Of a stretch of 64,000 nt of DNA, positions 16,076 through 31,283 are shown piece after piece (the first letter of the stretch is position 1; each line of letters opens with the position of its first letter). The DNA comes from the human T2T-CHM13v2.0 reference genome, Homo sapiens, in the NCBI RefSeq assembly GCF_009914755.1, contig NC_060925.1. One strand, 5' to 3'. The notes under the pieces are model-generated. The model saw only the letters and a program-made list of their open reading frames with translations, made no database searches and was not told where the DNA came from. The position numbers were made by a program, and so were the translations under genes.

Positions 16076-17572
16076 GAGACATATTTCCTGGATTGAGAAT
16101 CCCAGATTCTCATCTGGCAGCAGTGCAACTTTGGGCAAGTGAGTGCTTCTAGCTGCCACAGTGTCTTCATCCATAAAATGAGAATAATGATAGCACCTTC
16201 ATGAATATGACTTGTTAGAGGTAAATAGGAATAATGCATTAAGCACTGGGCATGGCTTCTGACATGTAGCAAATCTCACAACAAATGTTAATGCTCACTA
16301 ACTATTACATATTATGCACAAAAGAACACAGCACTCTACAGGAAGAGCAGTTACTAAAACCTGCACTCTTGAAAATGTGCCTCACAGTCTAACATTTGGA
16401 TTAAACAGAACACCCATCAGAAGTTGGCAATGCTCCATCACACACAGTCGTGTTTATTTGTTATAACAGGTGCCAGGATCAGTAGCTAAATTTGGTAGCA
16501 GTTGATGCTGCATCATTAGTTGATTCAACATATATTTACTGAGAACCTGTGCTGGGTATGAGAACACAGATGCAACAAGACAGAGCACCCCTGCCCTCCG
16601 GGAATGTGTGTCCTCGTGGGAGAAAACAGAGATCAAACAAAAAGTGAACAACTCCTCACCTCTCTCCACTAGTGAGTAATAAGCAAACAAGGTTGCATCA
16701 CAAAAATATCCACAAACGGGAGAGAATGTGACAAGAACACAGCTAAAACATAAAGATGGTCATTCCTGGAAGAGAATGTGGCTCAAGTCAGCTTAGCACA
16801 GATACCCTTAGCAGCCATCCTGAGGTTGGCTGGGCAGGGCACTCTCATAGCCACAAAAGCCTTCTCAGTGGAGGCTCACTCTGGTCATTCAGATCTGAGC
16901 TGAAATGTCATCTCCTAAGAGATCTTCCCTCGGCACCTGATCTGAAGTAGACCTCCTGGTACTCTCTGGACATTATCGTTGTTTTCTGCAATTAACATTG
17001 GTATCTGATGTTTGCTTGTTTATTACTGGCCTTTTCTCCACTAGAGTGAAAACTCTACAGAGAGAGGACTTAGCATCTCTTAGGAGCTCAGGATGCCTGA
17101 ATCATGAGCTCCAGGAATCTGCATTTAATAAATGCCCGCAGAGATTCAGAAAGGCACTTGCGTTCAGGCTCCACTGCCTTCAAAGACCAGTCTGTCAACT
17201 GCCTGACATTTCTCCACTTGTGATTCACACACTGGTGACTCAGCCACCCATTCGACCAGGGTGATAGAGAAGTCAGAGAAACGCCAGAACTGTTGTTCAA
17301 CACAGGCTGGCTGCTCCTGTCACCTCTCCCACGCCACCCACCCCTTATGTCTAGTCTCAGAAAACCAGAACCAGGGTGACAATTGCCCCCAGAGTCCACA
17401 GTGAATCAGAAGAGCTCTTTAAACAAAAGAATCACTCAGAACGATTGTTAATTTTGAGTGTTGTTCTAAAACACAAGAAAGGGGAGACGTGTGTTTCCCC
17501 ATTAAAGCTAATCAATCCATTTGTAGATGGATGATGACAGGGAAAGGGAGGAGGAGTTAAAGTATGTTAAAA

Positions 17573-17865
17573 GGGTCAGGAGCAGTGGCTCACACCTGTA
17601 ATCCCAGCAATTTGGGAGGCTGAGATGGGAGAATGGCTTAAGCCCAGGAGTTCAAGACCAGCCTAGGTAACATAGTGAGACCTCATATGTACGAAAAAAT
17701 AGAAAAATAAAAATTAGTACATCTATAGTCCTAGCTACTCAGAAGGCTGAGGTGGGAGGATCACTTGAGCCTGGAAGGTTGAGGCTGCAGTGAGCCATGG
17801 TCACACCAGTGCACTCCAGCCTAGGTGACAGAGCAAGACTCTATCCAAAAAAAAAAAAAATAAAT
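17573..17865 (+). mobile_element. AluJ
   Basis: Diverged dimer with A tail. Confidence 0.9.
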
Positions 17866-18037
17866 AAAGCATCTTAAAAGGAATTGCCCATTCATGTAGA
17901 TGTTCAAGGGACGCAGGATAGCCAGAACAATCCTGAAAAAGAACGAAGTTGGAGGACTCACACTTTCTGATTTCAAACCTTACTGCAAAGCTGCAGTAAT
18001 CAAGACTGTGTGATCCTAGCATTAGAATAGAGATATA

Positions 18038-18334
18038 GGCCGGGCGTGGTGGCTCACGCCTGTAATCCCAGCACTTTGGGAGGCCGAGGCGGGTGGATCA
18101 CGAGGTCAGCAGATCGCGACCATCGTGGCTAACACGATGAAACCCGGTCTCTACTAAAAATACAAAAAATTAGCCAGGCGAAGTAGCGGGTGCCTGTAGT
18201 CCCAGCTACTCCGGAGGCTGAGGCAGGAGAATGGCGTGAACCCCGGGGGGCGGAGCCTGCAGTGAGCCGAGATCGCGCCACTGCACTCCAACCTGGGCAA
18301 CAGCAAGACTCCGTCTCAAAAAAAAAAAAAAAAA
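18038..18334 (+). mobile_element. AluY (AluYe-like)
   Basis: gaatggcgtgaaccccggggggcggagcctgc; TSD agaatagagatata. Confidence 0.9.
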
Positions 18335-18569
18335 GAATAGAGATATATAGATAAATGGAATGGAATTGAGAGTTCAGAAGCACATTCTCACATTTACAGC
18401 CAATTAATTCTTGACAAGGATGCCAAGACAATTTTCAATAAATGGGGCTGGGACAACTTAGACATCCACGCATAAAAGAATGAAGTTAGAACACTGCCTC
18501 ACCTCATACACAAAAATTAACTTAAAATGGATCAAAGACTTAAATATAAGAAGTAAAATTACACACTTC

Positions 18570-19025
18570 TGTGATGGTTAATATTGAGTGTCAACTTGAT
18601 TGGATTAAAGGATGCAAAGTATTGATCCTGGGTGTGTCTGTGAGGGTGCTGCCAAAGGAGATTAACATTTGAGTCAGTGGGCTGGGAAAGGCAGACCCAC
18701 CCTCAATCTGAGTGCGCACCATCTAGTCAGCTGCCAGTGTGGCTAGGATACAAAGCGGGCAGAAAAACGTGAAAAGACTAGACAGGCCTAGCCTCCCAGC
18801 CTACATCTTTCTCCCATGCTGGATGCTTCCTGCCCTCGAACATTGGACTCCAAGTTCTTCAGTTTTGGGACTTGGACCAGCTCTCCTTGCTCCTCAGCTT
18901 GCAGATGGCCTATTGTGGGACCTTATGATCATGTGAGTTAATGCTTAATAAGCTCCTATAGATATAGATATATATATATATATCTCCTATTAGTTCTGTC
19001 CCTGTAGAGAACTCCGACTAATACA
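18570..19025 (+). mobile_element. MLT2A (HERV-L) solo LTR
   Basis: TGTGATGGTTAATATTGAGTGTCAACTTGATTGGATT...CTAATACA; 5-bp TSD ACTTC. Confidence 0.93.
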
Positions 19026-19052
19026 ACTTCTTTGCAGAAAATATAGTCATGC

Positions 19053-19810
19053 TTTTTTTACTGATACATAATAATTGTACATATTTATGGGGTACATGTG
19101 ATATTTTGACACATGCCTACAATGTGTAATGATCAAATCAGAGTAACTGGAATATCCATCACCTCAAAGGTTCATCGATTCTTTGTGTTGGGAACTTTTC
19201 ACATATCCCTGTCTATTTTGAAATGTATAATAAATTATTAACTATAGTCACCCTGCTGTGCTATCGAACACTAGAACGTATTCCTTCTGTCTAACTGTAT
19301 GTTTGTACCCAGCAGCTCAACCTCTCTTCATCCCACCCGTTTCTCAGCCTCTGGTAACTATCATTCTACTCTCTACCTCCACGAGACATGAGATCAACTT
19401 CTTTAGCTCCCACATATGACTGAGAGGACATTTGTAGTTCTGTGTCTGGTTTATTTCACTAACACAATGATCTCTAGGTCCCTCCATGTTGCTGCAAATA
19501 ACAGAATTTTATTCTTTTTATGGCTAATACTCCATTGTGTATATATATACCACAGTTTTTAATTCATTCATCTGTTGATGGACTTTCAGCTTGATTCCGT
19601 ATCTTGGCTATTGTGAATAGACAAGGGTGGTGCAGGTATTCCTTTAATATATTGATTTCCTTTTCTTTGAATAAATACCCAGTGGTGGGATTGCTGGATT
19701 GTACGGTAATTCTATTTTTAGTTGTTAAGAAACTCCCATACTGTTTTCCACAATGGCTAAACTAATTTATTTCCCCACCAATAGCATCTAAGAGTTCTCT
19801 TTTCTCAACA
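19053..19810 (-). mobile_element. L1MA 3' end, antisense to the host L1
   Basis: ataataattgtacatatttatggggtacatgtgatatttt is the reverse of an L1MA 3' end. Confidence 0.85.
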
Positions 19811-20070
19811 TTATAGACGTAAATTTTGACATCAAGGTAGGCAATGGTTTTTAAAACATGACACCAAAAGTACAAGCAACCAAAGGAAAAACATGGATAA
19901 ATTGGGCTTCGTTCAAATTAAAAACTTTGGTGTTTTAAAAGACACTATTAAGCCAGTGAAAAAACAACCCACAGAATGGAGAAAAGTTTTGTAAATCATA
20001 CGCCTAAGAGACTTGTCTCTAGCATATATGAAGAACTCTCACAAACCAATAATAAAAATATAAATATTCT

Positions 20071-20474
<404 letters not shown>

Positions 20475-21145
20475 TTAGCCATCAGGCAAATGCAAATCAA
20501 AACCATGAGATACCACTTCACAGGCATTAGGATGGCCACAGTAAAAAAGACAGATAGTAATGAGTGTGGGTGAGGACGTGGAGAAAGTGCAACCCTCACA
20601 CTTTACAGGGAAGATTGTGAAATAGCACAGCCACTTTGGAAAACAGCTTGCCAGTTCCTCCAAAAGTGACATAGAGTTACCATATGACTAATATGACTGC
20701 TAGGTATATAGAGCAACAAAAACATATGTCCACACAGAAACCTGTATAGGAATTTCATAGCAGCATTTTGTATGGACTGTGTAATAGTCAAGAAATGAAA
20801 ACAACCCATGTATTATTCAGTTGAGCAGCTGGTGAATGGATACACAAAATGTGGCCTAGTATATCCACACAATGGAATGTTATCTGACCGTAAGAAGGAA
20901 TGCTACTTGTTACAAGGATGAGCCTTGAAATATGCTAAGTAAAAGAAGCTAGCCACAAAAGACCGCATAGTATAGGGTTCCCTTAATATGAAACGTCCAG
21001 AATAGGCAAATCTATAGAGGCAGACAGTAGATTAGTGGCTGCCTAGGGGTGGGAGAGGGTCAGGAGGCAGGAATGAGGAGTGAGTGGTAATGCACACAGG
21101 GTTTCTTTTTGGAGTGATGAAAATGTGCTACAAAATCAGTTGTAA

Positions 21146-21505
<360 letters not shown>

Positions 21506-21749
21506 CTACATTTTAAATGATCGACTTGTATGATATGTGAATTATATCTCAAAAAGGTTTTTGTTGTTGTTGTTAAAAAGGAATTATTCACCAAGATGGG
21601 AGTAGGGAGACCATGCAGGAAGAAAGACCAATAAGGAGGTGACTGCAGCTGCTGAGGGTGGGAATGGGGAAGGTCGGAGCCACCACTGTGGCAGTGAATG
21701 GGACCTGGATCTGGAGATGAGGTGGAGCCCACAAGACTGAGTCACTGGC

Positions 21750-21756
21750 TGAGTGA

Positions 21757-21787
<31 letters not shown>

Positions 21788-21788
21788 T
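21750..21788. repeat. (GAGT)n(GT)n microsatellite
   Basis: Direct reading. Confidence 0.9.
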
Positions 21789-21799
21789 TGGGGGAAGGG

Positions 21800-22020
21800 G
21801 ATTAATAACAGCTCATTTTTACTGAGCGCTATCTGTATGGCCACTTCTAATGGAATATCTCATTGTTTCCTCACTAGAAGTCTATAAGAGGAGCGCTGAT
21901 GCTATCTGGGAAACTAAGGCACAGAGAGGCTCAGGAACTTGCTAGGATCACACAGGAGGTGGTAGAGCCAGGATTTGAGTCTGGTGGTTGACTCCAAAGC
22001 CTGCATTCCTCTGACCCCAG
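21800..22020. mobile_element. MIR
   Basis: gaaactaaggcacagagagg...gccaggatttga. Confidence 0.7.
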
Positions 22021-24894
22021 GGCTTCTGGGCTGGGTGTTTAGGAGGTGACATTACTCTCCGAGTAGAGGATACTGAAGGAGGGACAGGGATGTGGGGGAA
22101 AGGGGACCAGTTCAGTTTGGGACACAATGGAGTTGAGATGCCTCTGGATGTCCAGTCACAATTCCTACAATGAGTTATATGAATCAGGAACTTTACAGAG
22201 AGGAAGCCTAGAAACAACAGATTTCCAAGGCCTGGGCACATGTCTGTTCTCCTCGGGAGTGGACAAGCTCAGGTACAAGGGTCTGTTTGGGAGAGAAGAG
22301 GCTCAAGGATGAGGACCTAAGGTCCTTGCTACTGAAGAAGGGAGCCCGAGGACAGGACCCAGCCACGGAGGCGGAGAGCAGTCCCGGGGTAAAGGCAAGG
22401 CGGGTGGGAGCCCCGGAGCTGAGCATGGCCAAGCGAAAGGTGCAGGACCTCAGCGATCCGTAGGGTGAGGACTGACAGGATCCACTCTGTTTAGCCACAG
22501 AGCTGAACAGGCACAGTCAGATTATCCCAGGGGGAGGAACGAATGAGGGTGAAGAAGAGGTGACAGGGAGGCCGATCTGGATTTTCCCACGGAAGGAAAT
22601 CCTTTTTCAGGCCCCTGGTGGCAAAAGGAGGAGCAGAGGGAGCATCTCCAAGAGTCCTCGGCAGCTGCCTCTGGTACCGCCCACCCCACCCCGGGCCTCT
22701 GTTGGTGTCTGTGGTCTGGGGGCTCCCGGGGCCATCCTCCCTGCAGCCTAGGGTGCAGACAGCCACCACCTGCCACCCAGATCAGCAGTCATGTAAGGGC
22801 TTCTGTTGAACTGGTTTAGGAGCATAACTATAGTTGGCTGAGGTCTGGGGATTTTTTTTAAGCTACAGAGTATTTTATGGGGTTTTGCCAAAGGTTGCAT
22901 TCTGCTCAGAAACCTAGCCTGTCCCAACTATTCTTTCTTGCCATGCTTCAGGAAAATCTAATCTACCGTAAAAGCAGCAACCACAGCTATGAGAGCTAAG
23001 CCAGGTGCCACCTCGGGTTAAGGTCCCTCAGCTGCCTTAACCCCTGCAAGCTCCTCTCCTTTGCAGCCACCTCCTGACACCTCATATGACACTGCCCACC
23101 CCACAGGGCCTTTGCCCATCATTTCCTCTAGATAAACAATTACTGAATGAATGAATCATCCACCAGCCAGCTCCCCCTGCCAAGAGCAAGGAAGCATCAA
23201 GGCCCCTCCCCTCTGTCACCCACACCTCTCACTGTTACCCCAACAAGGGTGCCACCCAAGGTTTCTAGTTCGAGAAAAAAACTTCCCAGACTCGCATTGC
23301 TAATCACACCTACTGAGTATAAGTAAAAGCAAGTGTGGCTCTCCCCGACCAGCGGGGGATGGTGGGGAAGGGGTCTTTCCTGCACAGCTGGCAGATAGGC
23401 ACCCCTGGCTGCTGTCTTGCCTGGGCTGTGGAGGTAATTTCATTTCTCCTGCAGCCTCTTCTCTCCGTGTCCAGCTGTCCTTGCCTGTTTGATGCAGGAC
23501 AGCACAGGGAGCTTGCTGCTCCTGCCTGGAGCTAGCTGGAAGGATGAGGTGGCTTTGGAAGGATTTGGAGGACCTACTCCCCACTTCATCCTCATCCACG
23601 GTTCCTCTCCATCCAGGTTTGCTGATGTTTACCAGAGTCTGGAGGGCAGGCAAGGGGCAGAGCGGCAGCTGGCCAAGGCCCAGAGGGGTTGCAAGGTCAC
23701 ATAGAGGACCTTGGGCTTCACTGCACAGCTTCAAACATATTAAAACCCTGAAGGTCCGAAGATATATGAAACAATCCCCTAAAAATGAAACTGCCCAGGG
23801 GAGCCCTCTTTGTAGCTCACCTGCCCCTGCCGCCTTTCTCGTATTTCTTGAGGCTGTGTGCTCTGCTCTCTGGGACCAGATGGCCCGTTGGAGACTTCTG
23901 GCAAACGCCCCAGCTCCTCTGCCCAGACGATGCCGCAACCTCCACTCCCTGCCTGCCCACGGCCAGGCCAGGTTGCAGTGTCTCGAGCCTGCTGGGCTCT
24001 CAGACCAGGCTAGAAGAGTCCACCGGGTAAATTGTTTTGTCCCAAAGCCAGAGATGTCAGGAGGAGTCTGTGCCCCCTCTGCCCCGCCCCATCGCCTGAA
24101 GGAGCAGCACAGCTTCGTTTTATAAAACCAGGATACAGAACGGCCTGGCCCCAAGCCACCCTGGACCCAGCAGACCAGTCCTGCCCCTGTCCCCTCAGCC
24201 CCTTTGTCAGGACTGGTGAGGGCCAGGGAGGGGGCTGGCAACTCTTCAGGAGCAGCCAGGGAGCACAGCTGCTGGGATGTGGGGGTCTAGTCACCTAAAG
24301 CATGACAGAATATCTGGTGACTTGGGGACCTACCTACTTGTCGGGAGCAGCAGCTCAAGGGCAAGAGAAGGTGTTGAGGGAAGGAGGGTCAAGGTGGCTG
24401 GGGCTGGAAAGTCTGGATGACTGGCCATGGGGCCACATCACTCATCTCCCAGGACCTCCTTCAACATCCAGACAACAGGAGCACTGCCCCTACCCTGCCA
24501 CCCCATGGCCTGCCTCAGGGGGCCTGGAGCCCGGGGCCACCTCCCTCTTTTGACCCTGCCTGCGCAGCTTGCCTTCCCCGCTCTCTCCAACCCACAGCCG
24601 CTGCTGTCCCAGGGCCCATGGTGGTGGGAACAGCCTCTCCCATATCCCCCTCACGCAATAAAAGCCCATTTACCTGCAGACCAGCTCAATCCAGCTCCAG
24701 ATTCCCAGGGAAGAAACTGAACAGCCCACCCTGGCTGGGCTCATGCTCATCTGGGTGGAGGGTCTCATTGAACCTGGAGCAGTGACACAGACCAGTGAGG
24801 GAGGGTCTCACTGGGCAACGGTGGAGGACTGCTCTGGCTAAGGGGTTTGCTGTGGACTAGAAAGATGCTCCCAAAATGTGTTCACCTCAGATGC

Positions 24895-25464
24895 TGCGAC
24901 CATCCCTATAAGCTTTATAAAATGAACCCGGGAAGTAGGGAGGGGGGAAGGAAAATAAACCCAGCTGGCAGCACATCCAGCGTTTGGCACGAGGCCAGCC
25001 CGCTCCCAGACCCGCTTCCTCAGAGGTGTTTGCCTATTGCCCTAAAATCACGTAGACCCCGTGACAAGATTAAGGTTCCCCGTCACTGTTCTATAGATAA
25101 CAACTTGAACACTATAAAATGGTAAGTTTTCCATTTGAGATATTCTTTCAGGTCCTTGCACACCAGTGACACTACTGATGTCAGCTGGTCTCAAGGACCC
25201 CACAGGAACAGACTCACAAAGAATGGAGTTTCCACCTCCTGGTGGCTTCATTCCCCTCACTCCAACCAATCAAAGACCCCAGTCTCCCAACCCCTCACCC
25301 TCCATGATCCCCTTAAAAATCCCAGCCCAGAACTCCTCAGGGAGATGAATTTCAGGGCTTCCTCCCATCTCCTGGCTTGGTGCCCTGCTATTATTTCCCT
25401 GCTGTCTCGATGTAATTGGCCTGTTACTGCACAGCGGGCGTGCAAACCTGTCAGTCCTAGAGCA
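24895..25464 (+). mobile_element. ERV1 solo LTR, LTR26-like
   Basis: TG...CA ends with 4-bp TSD ATGC; ccatccctataagctttataaaat start. Confidence 0.8.
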
Positions 25465-26159
25465 ATGCCATCTTACAGAGGGGGATTTCAGGAGGAAGCA
25501 CAGGCGTGGGGAGAAAAGCAGTGAGTCTGAACAGCCCCTGCCGCGTGGAGTGTCTGGTGGGATCATGCTCTGCAGAGGCCCAGCTGGAGGCGTGGATCTG
25601 GGAGCCATCAGTAACCAGGTGGGGAGTGAGGTCATGGGGGTGCAGGTCACCCCGAGGAAGAGAGATGAAGGGGCTGAAGAAGAGGCAGAAAGAAGCATCA
25701 GCAGCTGAGAACACAGTGGAAGGGGGTGGAGCAGGAGCAGTCAGGGAGGCGGGAGGAAAACAGGCAAAACAGCCTCCCAAGGAAGAGGAGGGAGGGGAGG
25801 GGAGAGGTGCACAGGGCCTGGTGCTGCTCAGAGGCCAAGCAGGATAAAGCCTGTGAGGGGACAGGGCTGAAGGAGCAGTTCTTGGCAAGGCCCCTGAGAG
25901 GGGTGGGCTGAATCTGTAGAAGCAAGTGGGAGATTTTCAGGTGGAGAATCAGGCAGCCAGGTCTGCAGGATGAGAACGCATCCTGTGCAAAGACCCCAAG
26001 GAAGCAGAAGGCCTCTGGGCAACTTCCAGGGACAAGGAGTTGGCACAGGGTGTGGCGGTGGGGAGTGGTAGTGGGTGTGGCAGGTGAGACACTGAAGAGG
26101 TAAAAAAGAACCACACCCAAAATGCTCACTGCACTGCTGAGCTGAGCACACCTTATTCT

Positions 26160-26346
26160 GTAGACTGGAACTGCAGCCCCAGGGCCAAATCTGACCTGAC
26201 ACCTGTTTTTGTGAATAAAGTTTTATTGGAACACAGCCCTGCCTGTTCATTTGCATACTGCCTGTGGCTCTTTTCACCCCATGATGACCTTATGGCCTGA
26301 AAACATTTATAAGTGGCCCTTTAAAGAGAAGGTTTGCCCACCCCTG
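26160..26346. mobile_element. MER58-like hAT-Charlie DNA transposon
   Basis: gggccaaatc...tgtttttgtgaataaagttttattggaacacagcc...gtttgcccacccctg. Confidence 0.8.
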
Positions 26347-26570
26347 CTGCAGACAACGTTTCACCACTGAGCCACTCTGAGAGGTGAACGAGAAGATCAG
26401 ACCTCACTGGCTGCAGTGGAGGCAGTGCTGGAGGGCAGGAGGCTGGAGGCAGGGGGCCAGGGACCCGGCATTGCTGTCATCCTGGCGACAGCTGATGCCA
26501 ACCTGAATTCAGCCAGTCAGGATTGAGGGCACTTCACGTTCCAGGGAGAGCAAATAAAATCCTTTGGTTA

Positions 26571-26866
26571 GGCCAGGTGTGGTGGCTCATGCCTGTAATC
26601 CCAGCACTTTGGGAGGCCGAGGCGGGCAGATTACCTGAGGTCAGAAGTTCGAGACCAGCCTGGCCAACATGGTGAAACCCTGTCTCTACTAAAAATACAA
26701 AAATTAGCCAGGCATGGTGGCAGACACCTGTAATTCCAGCTACTCAGGAGGCTGAGGCAGGAGAATAGCTTGAACCTGGGGGGCGGAGGTTATAGTAAGC
26801 CAAGATCACGCCATTCCACTTCAGCCTAGGCAACAAGAGCAAGACTCTGTCTCAATAAATAAATAA
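26571..26866 (+). mobile_element. AluS
   Basis: TSD ctttggtta. Confidence 0.94.
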
Positions 26867-28435
26867 ACTTTGGTTAGCGCTGGCTACCTGAAGTACTGGG
26901 TTGAGAAAAACCCCGAGCATGCAGCTTGGCTCAGCAACAGTTCACTGCATCATTAACGTCACATGGAAAAGGGACCGGGAGCGGGTAGCACAAGACCACG
27001 AAATTTTTCCCCAATTTAAAATATCTATTTCCGTTTTGTTGAAAACTAAAGCTTGGCCACTGGGATTTCTCCTCTGCTGAAAGATACTTTAAAAATTCAT
27101 CTTGGGATTTGCTCACGTCTGAAATCTCTAGAATCCCCTGGAGACTCTTAATGGCAGGACCTGGGAGGCTTGTCTGGGCTTATACACAGACAAAGGCTCT
27201 GCCTGCAAGTCAGTCCTGCATTCCAAAGAAGGAAATGAGGGGCGCTGGGGTCTGACCTCACACGAGGGCTGCAGGGTTCAGCTGCAGAGGGAGGCTGGGC
27301 TTCTGAGGCCACTTGCACTGCAGACTCCAGGAGCCAGGGCTGGGCTTTGACTGGCAGAGTCCGAGCAGAGGAAGCTTGCCGGACCCCAGGAGAGCTGCCA
27401 CCCGGACAGAGCTGGCCAGAGGCCTGTGCATGGGCCACAAGGAAAGAAGGCACAGCCTAACGTAACCTGGCAAGCACCTGTGTAGCCTCTGTAAGTGCTT
27501 ACCCAGAGAAGCAGGAGCACGGCGATCTGGGTGTTTGGTGACACTTCCATCTGAGAGCAGGGCCCAGGTGGAAGAGGCAGCTGGATGCAGGTTAGTGGGG
27601 CCGGTTCCACGGACATTTGGGGCTGGGTGGGACAGGAAGTGGGATCTGAAAAAACAGTGTGACCATGCGCAGTTAGCCAGGGCTAGGGAAGGAAATACAA
27701 AGCCTTTTACAAAGTTTTTTTCTGGGTGAGCAAAATGGGCACAGCAGGGTGCTCCTGTCCCATTGACAGCCTGGTGACGCAGGCAGGGCTACGGGCTGGG
27801 GCCTGAGGCTATGAACCACGTAGGACTCCAGCATCAGATGTCTTTTCCTGATCCACAGTGCCATGAGACGTCTTTGGTTGAGCACCTGCCAGATGGCTAT
27901 GAAATGAGCTGTCTGTGCACAAGAAACGAGGTGAGAGGAATGCGCCTTCCCCCAACCTGGAAGGACAGACAGGACTTTGTGCTCCTCCACCAGGCTCCCA
28001 GAGTGGGAAGGAAGGATGGGCTTGGGAGCTGATTCTCTGTGCTTCAGGGGCTGCCCAGGCAAGAAGGAACCAACTCCCACAGCCAGACCAGAGAGGAATC
28101 ACTTGAGTTGCCCGAGGCCCAGCAGGAAGGGGGCCTTGGGCTTGGGGTCCTCCGATAGGAAACGCCTGCCTCCTGCGCAGGCAGCCAGACTGCCCACAGC
28201 CCGTGGCGTGGGCCCTGGAAGAGCCACAGAGCTCCCCCATCTCAAGAGCCCTGAAGGGGTCCCTGGGCACAGTCTGGCCACCCAGGAGGACCCCATGGGG
28301 ACATCTCTGAGCCCCTGGACGGGGGGGACACTGTTCAGGGAACAGAGGAGCCGCAGTGAGTGCCCAGGATTAAGCCAAGGCCGACGCAGTGCTCCTGTTC
28401 CCCCAAAAGCCTCGGGACTCCCACATGAGCCCATG

Positions 28436-29307
<872 letters not shown>

Positions 29308-31283
29308 CATGCAGTGAGGACCCCTCCCCGCCCAGGAACCCAGTGGATGATTCCTCTCAGGAGGTGCGGCTGGGAATTAATTTAATTTAATCTAGAGAAA
29401 TGATGTTTGTTTCATGTTCAAATGTTCTGGAGAGGTTACACCAGTGACAGAGGCCCTCTGAACTTACACACACAAAAGGCAACTCATTAGCAGGAAGATG
29501 AGAAAGCAGAAAGCGTCTCAAGACAGGAAGCTCGGCTTGGTGTCACCCAAATGTGTCTCCCCTTGACAAATCATCTCCCATGATCTGCCGGTCCCCGGGG
29601 AGGACAGGCAAGAGGCGGTGATGGGCTGTCAATGTGCATCTCGGCGTGTGGCAGTTGACAGGGCACCTTCATAGGTTTCTTCTCTGCAACTTCACTGCCA
29701 CCCCCTCAGAAACTGAGACCCATCGGCGGCCGGCCTGAGGCACCCACAGCTGCAGAGAGCCGGGCACATCCAGGGCCTTGGGTGTGTCTCTCCTCCACTG
29801 TGGTGGAGGCTCCCCTCCACTGTGCCAAGCCCAGGGGGGCTGGCAGTCCCCGTGGGTGTGGCCCAGAAAGACTGGCAGTGTCTGTCCCAGACCTCAGGGC
29901 CACAGTCACCAGATAAGCACCCACTGCACTCAAGGCCTCTCTGATCAAGTCCCACGACCAGGCTCTCCAAGTCCTGACACCGCGGAGACCCCCAAAAGAG
30001 GAGGATGGAGCAGAGGGCAAGGCTCTCAGCTCCGCGGACTCACACCCAGCTGCAGAGGCAGGGGGAGCCGCCCTTTCTGTGGCCGGGGAAATTGAGGTCA
30101 CTTCCTGTCTCGCTTCCCTCTCTCTGTGCTGGCTGCATCCTTCAGAAGGGGGGTGGGTGGCTGCAGGGCAGCGCCAGGCAAGGCTGCGGAGAAGCCGGTG
30201 CTCCCTGTGTCTAGGATGAAGAACAGAGCAGGGGGCTCCTCGGTGGTGTCGCTTCACCTCTCTTCCTGCTCCTTGATTCTCTCCACCCCCACCACCAGCC
30301 CAGGTGGAGGCTCTCGGTGATGAAGGTGCTGGCAGTGAGGGGCCTGCAGAGTCCGCATCTCTCTGCAGCTCAAGGGGCTCTCAGAGGCCACTGGGAGCTG
30401 GAGAGGGAGGAGGTCAGAGGCCTACAATTGGTTTTCCTGCTTGGAGAAAGAACAGATAGGAGCTTTCTAGGGCTGCGGCTCCATAAATAGCTCTAACTGT
30501 CCCTTCTCTCTCTTTTATGTTCTTTCAAACATGAAGAAAGAAACAAGCTCTAGCAAGGAACTCAAGTTAGACCGGCAAGTATTTGCCAAAGGTTAAGGGG
30601 CCAGAAAGCCAGAAGGTGGACACAACCTTAGGGACCCTGGGCCATGAGCCGTGAGACCTCTAGGATCAGCAGGGCCCAACAGGGCCATGCAGGAAGCCCT
30701 AGCTTCAAAGCCACAGGCACTGGGGAGTGGGTGGGGGCTCCCCAAAAACCACACGCTGCTCCCCAAACTCCTTTTAGAAGTGCCCCGGAAGACCTGGACC
30801 TGGCTGTGCACAAAAGCACCATGCTCTCCTCTGACCAGATCCCTTGGATGAGGTCCTTAAAGACCCCCTGGAGCTCAGTTTCCTCATCAGTAACTGGAGA
30901 GGTTTGCACCAGGTGGTCCTTGAGGGGCTCCCCCCAGCTCTGAGCCCACGATGGTGCATTTCATCCCCTGGACTGTGTCTGAAAACTTGAGAAGGAGTAG
31001 GGAATAGGATAGATGCGAACTGAGCTTCTTGATGGGGTCCCGTACCTACCCCATATTTACTGCACTAGAAGCAGGGCCTGGAATCCACACTTCAACAAGC
31101 TCACACTAAAATGGGAGACCGTGCCACGCTGGCCTTTCTGGGGCTCCTCAGCCACGTTTTTGCACCTGCTGTTCTCTCTGTCTCCATTATTTCCCCTAGA
31201 TCTTCACTGCTGTGTCCCTGATTTCACTCAGATCACTGCCCAATGTCCTCTTCAGAGAGGTCTTTCCTAACTGCCTCCTCTAA

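Noticed and set aside
23300-24241. Longest ORF (313 aa, - strand) and overlapping 193-aa + strand ORF
   Set aside because: No recognisable domain, composition typical of GC-rich non-coding frames and no exon-like context; would need PhyloCSF or Ribo-seq support
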